DNA from: Bacilli bacterium | GTDB taxonomy: Bacteria > Bacillota_I > Bacilli_A > RFN20 > UBA1709 | DNA length: 64,000 bases | Direction: 5' to 3' | Assembly: GCA_050949315.1 (NCBI GenBank) | Contig: JBMNFL010000001.1 | Span: forward strand, 864,001 to 928,000 | Shown: piece by piece, positions 18,857 to 28,034 of the stretch | How positions within the stretch are numbered: position 1 is the stretch's first letter | How the letters are laid out: every line of letters begins with the position of its first letter | Position numbers and translations under genes: made by a program | Notes under the pieces: generated by a model | The model's database searches: none | Told to the model about the DNA's origin: nothing | Seen by the model: only the letters and a program-made list of their open reading frames with translations

Positions 18857-19165
18857 ATGACGCTTCTTGAAAAAGTAAAGGCAAACCTGATTCTCGAACA
18901 TACGGCAGATGACGAACTATTGCAGATGTATATTACCGCCGCCGTAGCCTATGCCGAGAGCTATCAGCATCTTCCGGAAATTTACTACAAAGACCATCCG
19001 ATGCCCCCAACCACAGAGCAGGCCGTCATCATGCTGTCGTCCCACTTCTATGAGTCAAGAGACGGCAGCACAGGCGGCTTTTTCGCCGACAATGTTCAGG
19101 CGGGACAGCAGGTGTGGAATACGGTCAATCTGCTTCTGAAACTCGACAGAAACTGGAAGGTGTAA
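18857..19165 (+). CDS. Head-tail connector (gp6-like)
   Basis: LEKVKANLILEHTADDELL...AVIMLSSHFYESR. Confidence 0.88.
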   Translation: MTLLEKVKANLILEHTADDELLQMYITAAVAYAESYQHLPEIYYKDHPMPPTTEQAVIMLSSHFYESRDGSTGGFFADNVQAGQQVWNTVNLLLKLDRNWKV

Positions 19166-19167
19166 TC

Positions 19168-19494
19168 ATGAGCTTCGGAAAAATTAATACATTTATTGAA
19201 ATTATCTCAACCGAGCCTGCAAAGGACGCGGACGGTTTCACAAGTCACTCGGATACAGTGGTAGCATCGGTCAGGGCATATTTTGAGCAGAAAAACTCCA
19301 CCGAACGATGGCGGAGCATGGCGCAGTCTAATGAGGTGAACGCACTGTTCCGCCTTCGCTTTATACCGGGAGTCGAACTGAACAACCGCCACATCATTGT
19401 CTGTGAAGGAAAGCGTTATAACATTTATTCGGTCGAAAATGTCAGAGGCCGTGATATGTATCTTGAGGTGTTGGCGGTGTGTGAAGATGGCTAA
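19168..19494 (+). CDS. Head closure/head-tail adaptor
   Basis: Position; FRLRFIPG...GKRYNIYSVENVRGR. Confidence 0.82.
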   Translation: MSFGKINTFIEIISTEPAKDADGFTSHSDTVVASVRAYFEQKNSTERWRSMAQSNEVNALFRLRFIPGVELNNRHIIVCEGKRYNIYSVENVRGRDMYLEVLAVCEDG

Positions 19495-19918
19495 AGCGAC
19501 TTTTCAAATGCCGGAGGAGTTTTTGCTTAAGATTGCAAAGCTTCAGGAGAAAACCGACGAGATTGTTCCCAAAGTTCTGGCTGCCGGTGCCGAAGCGGTC
19601 GAAAAGAATGTCCGCTCGAACCTGGCATCGGTAATCGGTAAGAATACGAAGGTTGAAAGCCGTTCAACCGGAGACCTCTTGTCCTCTCTCGGAACTTCAC
19701 CGGCAAAACAGGACAGAAACGGAAACCTCGATGTTAAAATCGGTTTCAAAGAGCCCCGCTCAGACGGTGAAAGCAATGCGAAAATCGCAAACATCCTCGA
19801 ATACGGAAAACACGGCCAGCCGCCGAAACCCTTTCTGAAACCGGCAAAGACGAAATCCAAGGATGCCTGCATTCGCGCGATGGAAGAAAAACTGGAGGAG
19901 GAGATTTCAAAGATATGA
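19487..19918 (+). CDS. HK97 gp10-like tail component
   Basis: ANILEYGKHGQPPKPFLKPA. Confidence 0.85.
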   Translation: MAKATFQMPEEFLLKIAKLQEKTDEIVPKVLAAGAEAVEKNVRSNLASVIGKNTKVESRSTGDLLSSLGTSPAKQDRNGNLDVKIGFKEPRSDGESNAKIANILEYGKHGQPPKPFLKPAKTKSKDACIRAMEEKLEEEISKI

Positions 19919-20259
19919 GCTTGCTTGCGGAACTGAATACGATTATATATTCACTTGGAATACCGGTCGAAACGGGTATCTTTTCGGAAACACCGCCCGA
20001 CAGATATGCGGTTCTGACACCGCTTTCGGATTCCTATGAACTCTTCTCGGATAATGCTCCGGGTCAGGATATCGAGGAAGTCCGCGTATCCTTGTTTGAT
20101 AAAGGCAACTACCTGGCAGTAAAGAAACGCATTGAATCCGCAATTCTCGCAGCCGGAATCACCATAACCGACCGCCGGTATATCGGACATGAAGACGATA
20201 CCGGCTATCATCACTACGCCATTGATGTGGCGAAAAATTATGAAATACAGGAGGAATAA
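19915..20259 (+). CDS. Putative tail terminator/completion protein
   Basis: Position before major tail gene; EDDTGYHHYAIDV. Confidence 0.7.
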   Translation: MSLLAELNTIIYSLGIPVETGIFSETPPDRYAVLTPLSDSYELFSDNAPGQDIEEVRVSLFDKGNYLAVKKRIESAILAAGITITDRRYIGHEDDTGYHHYAIDVAKNYEIQEE

Positions 20260-20264
20260 AACGA

Positions 20265-21128
20265 ATGGCTACAATAGGACTTGACAGTCTTTATTATTCC
20301 AAAATCACCGAATCCGCTTCGGGCGACGAGATATACGGAACGCCCGTTAAACTTGCCAAAGCAATCGAGGCGGAGGTATCCATCGAACTCAATGAAGCGA
20401 TTCTGTATGCAGATGACGGGACAGATACCGTAATCAAGGAGTTTAAAAGCGGTACGATCACCCTCGGCATCAACGAAATCGGTCCCCAGGCGGCAAGGGA
20501 TCTGACGGGGGCAGCTGTGGATGCAAACGGTGTGATTGTTTCTGCCGGAGAGGATGAACCTACACCGGTAGCAATCGGATTCCGGGCGAAAACCGCCAAG
20601 GGCAAGTACAGATACTTTTGGCTTTACAGAGTTCTGTTCGGCATCCCCGGAACATCGCTCAAAACCAAGGGAGACAGCATTGAGTTCCAGACACCCTCCA
20701 TCGAAGGAACAATATCGAGAAGGAATAAACTCGATGCCCAGAACAAGCATCCGTGGAAAGCGGAGATTACTGACGGTGAGGAAGGTGTATCGCCGAACGT
20801 CATATCCAACTGGTTCCAAAGTGTATATGAGCCTAACTACACTACGGCCGATGCAACACTTGCGTCCCTTACCCTCGGCTCGCTTACGCTCTCTCCGACT
20901 TTCAGTTCCGTAACAACTGAGTATACCGCATCCACCGAAAATGCCACAAATACCATTACGGCGGTCGCCACATCCAATAATGCCGCTGTCGCAATCACGG
21001 TCAACGGAAATTCCATCGCAAGCGGTCAGTCAGCGACATGGGTCACCGGCACCAATACCGTGGTGATTACCGTTACCAACGGAAATGCCACGAAAACATA
21101 CACCGTGACAGTAACGAAGGGAGAATAA
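20265..21128 (+). CDS. Major tail protein with C-terminal cadherin-like/Ig domain
   Basis: ATIGLDSLYY, LYADDG, YFWLYRV; C-terminal DATLASLTL...TKTYTVTVTK. Confidence 0.9.
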   Translation: MATIGLDSLYYSKITESASGDEIYGTPVKLAKAIEAEVSIELNEAILYADDGTDTVIKEFKSGTITLGINEIGPQAARDLTGAAVDANGVIVSAGEDEPTPVAIGFRAKTAKGKYRYFWLYRVLFGIPGTSLKTKGDSIEFQTPSIEGTISRRNKLDAQNKHPWKAEITDGEEGVSPNVISNWFQSVYEPNYTTADATLASLTLGSLTLSPTFSSVTTEYTASTENATNTITAVATSNNAAVAITVNGNSIASGQSATWVTGTNTVVITVTNGNATKTYTVTVTKGE

Positions 21129-21131
21129 ACA

Positions 21132-21706
21132 ATGACAGATGAAAGATGCTCAAAAATAGCAATCGGCGGTAAGGAGTATGAACTGCTCCTTACCACAAGG
21201 GCGACAAAGGAAATCGGCAAGAAATACGGCGGTCTTTCAGACCTTGGAGACAAACTACTCAAGGCTGAAAATTTTGAGACCGCCATTGATGAACTCATCT
21301 GGCTTATCACGCTGCTCGCCAATCAGCCGATTCTGATTCACAACGCAAAGAATCCGCAGGACAAAAAAGATCTGCTCGAACCGGAAACGGTGGAGCTTTT
21401 CACCACACCCTATGAGATAGCCGGATTCAAGGAAGCAATCATGGACTGCCTGATTAAAGGAACAAAACGAGAAGTTCAGAGCGAAGAATCAAAAAACGGA
21501 TAAACGGGCCGGATGCCTCTGACGGAGAGATATTCGCCCGTTTAATCTTTTACGGAGTCACGCTTCTGAACCGCCGTGAGGAGGAAGTGTGGCTGATGCC
21601 CATCGGTCATCTGCTTGACCAGTGGGAGGTGTATAAGCAGTGGAGCGGACTGGCAAAACCCAGACGGGAGCACTTTATCGAAGAGGCAATCCCGTACGGA
21701 ATATAA
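21132..21706 (+). CDS. Tail assembly chaperone pair: 21132-21503, with a -1 frameshift extension to 21706
   Basis: Slippery A AAA AAC at 21491-21497 just before the stop; -1 frame open to TAA 21704-21706 (..LIFYGVTLLNRREEEVWLMPIGHLLDQW..). Confidence 0.82.
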
Positions 21707-21724
21707 ACGAAGGAGGTGACGTGA

Positions 21725-24307
21725 ATGGCAGACAATTTTGGCCTGCGGATAGGCATCGAAGGTGAAAAGGATTTCAAGAAAGCAATCGCGGATATCAATT
21801 CGCAGATGAAAGTGCTCGGATCCGAGATGAAACTTGTGGAGTCGCAGTTCTCATCCCAGGATAAGTCGGTTGAAGCTTTGACCGCAAGGAACGATGTCTT
21901 AAATAAAAACATCGATACCCAAAAATCTAAGATTGAAACATTGCGTTCCGCACTTGAAAACGCGTCATCCTCCTTCGGCGAAAATGACCGCCGCACACAG
22001 GCATGGGCGGTTCGGCTGAACAACGCACAGGCAGAACTCAATAAAATGGAGCGTGAACTGGAAGATAACAGTTCCGCTCTCAAGGATACCGGCAAAGGCA
22101 TGGATGACATGGGAGATGCCGCCGATGAGATGGGCGACGATGTCAAAGAAGCAGGCGATGATGCCGACGAAGCGTCATCCCGCTTTGAAGGTCTCGGCGG
22201 TGTATGTAAAGCGGTAGCCGGAACACTTGCCCTAGCTTTTGCCGCAGTATCCGCAGCAGCCATATCCGCCGGAAAAGCACTCATAGATATGTCGACCGAA
22301 GGCGCTGTGTATGCCGACACGGTAATGACCGAATCGACCGTCACCGGTATTGCGACAGACAAGCTGCAGGAATATATGTATGCGGCTGAACTTGTGGATG
22401 TTTCGACAGAGACTCTTACAAAGTCTATGGCAAAGCAGATTAAAAGCATGAAGGCTATCCAGGACGGCACGAAGCTTTCCGTGGACGCCTATGAAAAGCT
22501 TGGTGTACAGGTATTGAACGCTGACGGAAGTCTTCGGGATTCGGATGCGGTGTATTGGGAAGTCATCGACGCACTCGGAAAAATGCAGAACGAGACCGAA
22601 CGCGATGCGCTTGCCATGCAGATCCTCGGCAAATCCGCCCAGGAACTGAATCCGCTTATTACGGTTGGCGCGGAGAGGATGGCAGAACTCGGTGAGGAAG
22701 CAAGAAAAGCCGGATATGTGGTTTCTGATGAAATGCTGAATGCATACGGGAAGCTTGACGACCAGATTCAGTATCTGACTGTCGGAACAACCGCAGCAAA
22801 GAACGCACTCGGCACCGTGCTGCTTCCCGTGCTTACTGACCTTGCCGGTTCGGGAGTTGACCTTCTCGGAGAGTTTACCAACGGCATACTGAATGCCAAC
22901 GGCGATATATCGCAAATGGGCAAGGTAATCGGGGACATTCTGCCGAAGGCAATCGATGTCATTATGGAGTATGTTCCGGTAATTCTTGACCTTATAATGT
23001 CGCTCGTCACATCCATCGGAAAAGCAATCGTGGATAATCTGCCGATGATTGTTTCATCGGCGACGCAGATAATCCTTTCCATCCTTGAAGGGCTTGTTTC
23101 AGCTTTACCTCGAATAGCTGAAGGAGCCCTTATGCTTGTTTCGGAACTCGCAATGGGGATTATAAACAATCTTCCTATGATACTTGAAACCGCTATGCAG
23201 GTAATCGTAACCCTTGCATCAGGAATTTCGGACTCGCTGCCGACGCTCATTCCCACAATCGTTGCTGTTATCATGCAGGTATGCCGGACACTCATAGATA
23301 ATTTGCCTCAGCTGCTCACGGCGGTACTTCAGATCATCATGGGGCTTGCTCAAGGCATACTTGATGCGATTCCGGTCATTATCAATGCGCTGCCGGCAAT
23401 CATTAACGGAGTCATAACATTTTTAATAAATGCCATTCCCCAGATAATCGAAACCGGCATCAAGCTGATTACATCTCTTGTGGCGGCGCTTCCGACCATT
23501 ATAGCCGCAATCGTAAACGCTCTGCCTCAGATTATTAACGGCATCATCAATGGTGTGCTCGGCGCGATTCCGCAGATAATCGAAGCGGGCATCAAACTGC
23601 TGGTATCTCTCATTCAGGCACTTCCGACCATAATTCTCACCATTGTAAACGCACTGCCGCAGATCATCACGAGCATCGTAAACGCAATCACTCAGAACAT
23701 TCCGATGATCGTTCAGGCAGGAATTACACTTTTGACTTCGCTCATAAAAAACCTTCCGACCATTATCAAAGAAATCGTGAAAGCGATGCCGCAGATTATT
23801 TCCGGTATTGTGTCCGCTCTCGGAAACGGTGTATCGCAGCTTGCCGATGTAGGAAAAAATCTCGTCAAAGGTTTATGGAACGGTATTCAGTCGCTTGCGT
23901 CATGGATCTGGGACAAAGTTTCCGGCTGGGCGAAGGATTTGTGGAACGGCATCTGCAGCTTTTTCGGAATAAAATCGCCGTCAAAGAAGTTCGCCGAACT
24001 CGGTATGTATATGTCCCAGGGGCTTGGTATCGGTTTTGTGGATGAAATGAAAAATGTTGACAAGGACATCCTGAAAGCGATTCCTTCAGACTTTGATATC
24101 AACACAAGAACCCATCTCAATAGTGTCGTCGATGACCGCTCTCTTGAGGCTGCGACTTATGCAAGGCAGACTTCTTTCAGAAACACATCCGGACAGGTTG
24201 TGGTGCAGGTTCCGCTGTACCTTGACGGCAAAGAAATCACGGCGGCAACCGGTTCAATACAAAGCGGGTTTACTTCCTCCTACCGCCGCGCATTGGGGGT
24301 GACCTGA
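21725..24307 (+). CDS. Tail tape measure protein
   Basis: 860 aa, helical amphipathic repeats (LPQII), GIKSPSK motif, follows chaperone genes. Confidence 0.92.
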   Translation: MADNFGLRIGIEGEKDFKKAIADINSQMKVLGSEMKLVESQFSSQDKSVEALTARNDVLNKNIDTQKSKIETLRSALENASSSFGENDRRTQAWAVRLNNAQAELNKMERELEDNSSALKDTGKGMDDMGDAADEMGDDVKEAGDDADEASSRFEGLGGVCKAVAGTLALAFAAVSAAAISAGKALIDMSTEGAVYADTVMTESTVTGIATDKLQEYMYAAELVDVSTETLTKSMAKQIKSMKAIQDGTKLSVDAYEKLGVQVLNADGSLRDSDAVYWEVIDALGKMQNETERDALAMQILGKSAQELNPLITVGAERMAELGEEARKAGYVVSDEMLNAYGKLDDQIQYLTVGTTAAKNALGTVLLPVLTDLAGSGVDLLGEFTNGILNANGDISQMGKVIGDILPKAIDVIMEYVPVILDLIMSLVTSIGKAIVDNLPMIVSSATQIILSILEGLVSALPRIAEGALMLVSELAMGIINNLPMILETAMQVIVTLASGISDSLPTLIPTIVAVIMQVCRTLIDNLPQLLTAVLQIIMGLAQGILDAIPVIINALPAIINGVITFLINAIPQIIETGIKLITSLVAALPTIIAAIVNALPQIINGIINGVLGAIPQIIEAGIKLLVSLIQALPTIILTIVNALPQIITSIVNAITQNIPMIVQAGITLLTSLIKNLPTIIKEIVKAMPQIISGIVSALGNGVSQLADVGKNLVKGLWNGIQSLASWIWDKVSGWAKDLWNGICSFFGIKSPSKKFAELGMYMSQGLGIGFVDEMKNVDKDILKAIPSDFDINTRTHLNSVVDDRSLEAATYARQTSFRNTSGQVVVQVPLYLDGKEITAATGSIQSGFTSSYRRALGVT

Positions 24308-24308
24308 T

Positions 24309-25748
24309 ATGGACATTATAGTAAGAAGAACGGACAACACGATTGTTGCCACAGTATCAAGCGTATTTTCCTGCACCATTAAAGAAAAGCTGACCACGGA
24401 GAAAACGCTGTCTTTTCAGGCACTCCTTGACGGCGGACTTGAAAACATAAATGACACAGACGGATATATCGTCCAGTACGGAAACGATTTCTATGATGTA
24501 GTAAAAGTAAAAAAGGAACTCTCCGGCGGTCTTTACAAAATAACTGCAGAATGCGAACACGTATCCTACCGCCTTACCTCATACATTAAGTCGGCTTTTT
24601 CACAGACAGGCACTCCGCGTGAAATCCTCAATACCCTTGTCCGGCTTACCGGACTTACCGCCGGGGATGTAGAACCGATAGGTATGGTTACCTACACAAT
24701 GCCGGAAGATAAAACCAAGAGAGCCGCTGTCTTAGATTTCTGCTCGGTATTCGGCTGGGAACCGGAGTTTACAGGATACGAAGTGCATATCCGAAACCAC
24801 AGAGGCAGTACAGAGATAAAAGAACTCTTTGAGAAAAATGTGGTGTCTGTTTCAAAAACGGTAGATAAAACAGGCAGCCAAAGAAGCTATTCGGTCTCTG
24901 TATATAAGCCGTCAAATCTTCATCTCGGCGACGAGGTGCATATGAAATTCGACAGACTGGATATTGATGAGAACGTGCGTGTTGTCGGCATTACGAGAAA
25001 TCCGTTTACAAGTGACGAGGTGCAACTTGAGGTGGACGATTACACTCCCTCGGTGGAAAGAGACCTCGTAAATATCGAACAAAGTATGATTGCAAAGGGC
25101 CGAAACTATTACGGCCTTTCCATTACACCGGAGAGCGGTCTTGAAATTACCAGAGACGACAACAAGGCAAAGGTCGTAATGAACGCTGACGAGTTTGCCA
25201 TGAAAGCAGATGACGGGCAAGGAAACCTTATCAACCGGCTGTACTTCGACCCTGCCACAGGCGACTATAAGTTTGTAGGCACCGTCAAGATAGACGGCGG
25301 AGAAATCAATATCGGCGACAACTTCCGGGTGGACCAGCACGGAAATGCTTACCTCGCAGGTGATGCAACCATATACGGCGGAAGGTTTTATGCCGGACAG
25401 CCGGGGGATGCGGAAGGTTTCTCGCAGATGACCTCAGGCGGTTTTGAGGTGTACAACGCCGATTATGACGTCAAGCTGCGGTTCGGCTATACCACGGATG
25501 ATGAGGACTATCCCTTCATCCAGCTCGGCTCGGGTTCCGGAGCGTCAGCCGACTACGGTCTTGTAAAGAAATTCTCAGACGGTCTGTGGATCGGCAACTC
25601 CGAACCGGAAGACGAAAGCGGAGACTTCACCGCTAAGACCGGATACAACGGCATCTTCTTCCGATTTTCTGACAACACCGCATATATCGTAAACGGTACG
25701 ACAATGAAAAACATTTACACGGGTGCGGCAATCGCGAAGTTTGGGTAA
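24309..25748 (+). CDS. Tail tip/hub protein (Tal-like)
   Basis: N-terminal ..ITAECEHVSYRL and LGDEVH..DENVRVVGI resemble prophage tail/endopeptidase family. Confidence 0.7.
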   Translation: MDIIVRRTDNTIVATVSSVFSCTIKEKLTTEKTLSFQALLDGGLENINDTDGYIVQYGNDFYDVVKVKKELSGGLYKITAECEHVSYRLTSYIKSAFSQTGTPREILNTLVRLTGLTAGDVEPIGMVTYTMPEDKTKRAAVLDFCSVFGWEPEFTGYEVHIRNHRGSTEIKELFEKNVVSVSKTVDKTGSQRSYSVSVYKPSNLHLGDEVHMKFDRLDIDENVRVVGITRNPFTSDEVQLEVDDYTPSVERDLVNIEQSMIAKGRNYYGLSITPESGLEITRDDNKAKVVMNADEFAMKADDGQGNLINRLYFDPATGDYKFVGTVKIDGGEINIGDNFRVDQHGNAYLAGDATIYGGRFYAGQPGDAEGFSQMTSGGFEVYNADYDVKLRFGYTTDDEDYPFIQLGSGSGASADYGLVKKFSDGLWIGNSEPEDESGDFTAKTGYNGIFFRFSDNTAYIVNGTTMKNIYTGAAIAKFG

Positions 25749-25763
25749 GGGAGGTGATGTCAG

Positions 25764-28034
25764 GTGGCATTAACACCATGGAGTTGGACGGCTTCAAACG
25801 GCACGGCTTCGGCGGCGCAGACAAAGTCGGCACATACGGCGCTGACTTCAAGCGGAAACACCGCCGCTTTTCACCGCTATGTCTGGAATGATCTTGTAAA
25901 TAAAGTTAACCAAGTGCTCACCGCTTTGAATCTTTCATGGGCGGACACATACGGAACAATTTCAAACACCCGTATAAATTACGCCTACGAGGATCTGACC
26001 GCGGCACGATTTAACGCGGTTCGGTATAATACAAGGTACAACTCGTGGTCGTGGGAATATGATGCGTTAAATCCATGGTATACCGGCCGCACAGATTTCA
26101 GAGGTGTCGGCAGTGTGGGAGAGAGTGCCGCCGACATTGTGTACGGCAGATATTTTCTTGAACTTACCGAGCGACTGAATGTGGTCATAGGCATCATCAA
26201 CGGCACGACACCGACCGAGGATATGGATTTATCGCTCATTTCAAGCCTTTTGCCGGAGGCGGATTTATTCTCGGGAGCATCGACGGCACTTGGAGCGACC
26301 AAATCGGGAATTATTATCCCATCAGCAGCTTTGCAGTCCGAAAATCTGCCGAGTCTGACACTTCATATACTTGTACCTTCCCCCCTCGCACACGCCGCTT
26401 TGGAAACCGACGAAATCTCCTCACGCCTTGCGGGATACATATTTATGACCTGCTCGGTAGGAGAGCGCAGGTTGATACGACTTCCACCCGTGCCCCTTGC
26501 GGCGGTTATTCCGGTGGGAATGTCGGCACAGTCATTTATTGACACACTGCCGAGCCTTGGTTTTACTGCGGAAGCAGCGGGGTCTGCTGAAATTCTTGGG
26601 GCAATAAACAGCACCGAATCGAGAATTCTCGGCGGTTTTGCTCACTCCGGACATACGGTAATAGGCAGTGGAGTTTCACTCCCCATAAAGAACCCCGGAT
26701 GGTGTCACACACGAGTAAACCTTGATATACATAACACCCTCGTGGTGGAGATGGTCAGAGAGTTTGTGTCGATTGCGGCGATAAAGCTGACAGCGACACC
26801 GGCGCTCATGACCCGCCTACCGAGGGCGTTTTCATCGGGCATCGAACTGTTTTCGGGCACATATCCGAACATTGAAACCGCCCCGCCACTCGGCATAATT
26901 ACAGAAAACATAATAAACTCTCCCACGGTTTTAGCGACAGTAGGAACGGCACAGTTTATAAAGGATTTTATGGTTTCTGAATCCTTAAAGTCACCGACGT
27001 TTGTTGCAAAAGTCGAACTCGACCATATTTCAACCCTGCTTGGCGCTTATCTTAATATGCTGACGAGCGGCGAAGGGGTGCTTGAAAAAGTCGAGCCTGC
27101 TCTGTTTGGGCGGGTGACGGAGATTTTACTTCCGACAACTTCTGAAATGATCTCCGCTTTCGCCCCCATAATGGATTATGCTGTTAAAATAAATCTGGCA
27201 CAGCAAGTTGAGGGACATGCCGCCGTTGCAGGAATTCTGAGCAGATACACAGGCATCTCCCTTGACATTCGGGGTGACGGTAAGGCTTGTATTGCAGGAA
27301 TTCTTAATACCGACGTGTTGCAAAACAATCTTGAAATTACGGACACCCTCACTTCCGGCAAGTCCTCACCTACGGCGGCAAGGATAAGAGCGGCACACAC
27401 GGCGACAGGTGCGGCGAACAATCCGCAGTCAATTTCGGCGGGAGCTGATGCGCTGCTCTTTTTCTCGCCCGAAACGGCGGCAGAGCTTTCGGCACTGCAC
27501 GGCATGAGAGAACTTCTTGCGGGTGAGGTGTTTTCACACATTCTAAGCGGTGACATTGATATGATAACAAATGTCACCCCCGCACTTGCCACAGCCGGAA
27601 TTGACCTGTCGCAGACGAGCAAACTCGGATACGTTTTCTACGCCGACCTTGCGGCACTTCTCTCGATGAGGATTTCTTCAACAAGCGAACCCGACACCGA
27701 GGGCGGCGGGGGTTGGCAGTATCCGACCTATGATGAAGGTACAATAACGGTTTATCAGGTTTATCTGACCGAGGGCGATTCGTCTCACATTTTCCTCGAC
27801 CCGCTTGTGTCACTCACAAAGGTGGATATATCCCACGCCATCCACGGAACACCCGATTACCATATTACCGCACCGACTGCCGCCGAGAATAATTACGGCG
27901 TGAACATCACCTCATCGCTTAACTTCTTTGACCGCACACTTTGGGAAAGGCCTGTTCAGAGTGACGGTGACTTGTTTATCCGTCAGGCTTTTGCCGCTCA
28001 CCAAAAACAAACATACAAACTGGAGGTAATTTAA
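25764..28034 (+). CDS. Large minor tail protein, unknown family
   Basis: 756 aa, GGAGG RBS with GTG start, in tail module. Confidence 0.55.
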   Translation: MALTPWSWTASNGTASAAQTKSAHTALTSSGNTAAFHRYVWNDLVNKVNQVLTALNLSWADTYGTISNTRINYAYEDLTAARFNAVRYNTRYNSWSWEYDALNPWYTGRTDFRGVGSVGESAADIVYGRYFLELTERLNVVIGIINGTTPTEDMDLSLISSLLPEADLFSGASTALGATKSGIIIPSAALQSENLPSLTLHILVPSPLAHAALETDEISSRLAGYIFMTCSVGERRLIRLPPVPLAAVIPVGMSAQSFIDTLPSLGFTAEAAGSAEILGAINSTESRILGGFAHSGHTVIGSGVSLPIKNPGWCHTRVNLDIHNTLVVEMVREFVSIAAIKLTATPALMTRLPRAFSSGIELFSGTYPNIETAPPLGIITENIINSPTVLATVGTAQFIKDFMVSESLKSPTFVAKVELDHISTLLGAYLNMLTSGEGVLEKVEPALFGRVTEILLPTTSEMISAFAPIMDYAVKINLAQQVEGHAAVAGILSRYTGISLDIRGDGKACIAGILNTDVLQNNLEITDTLTSGKSSPTAARIRAAHTATGAANNPQSISAGADALLFFSPETAAELSALHGMRELLAGEVFSHILSGDIDMITNVTPALATAGIDLSQTSKLGYVFYADLAALLSMRISSTSEPDTEGGGGWQYPTYDEGTITVYQVYLTEGDSSHIFLDPLVSLTKVDISHAIHGTPDYHITAPTAAENNYGVNITSSLNFFDRTLWERPVQSDGDLFIRQAFAAHQKQTYKLEVI

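Noticed and set aside
22900-23830. Repeats within the tape measure gene
   Set aside because: Ordinary amphipathic TMP protein repeats, not a DNA repeat array or CRISPR
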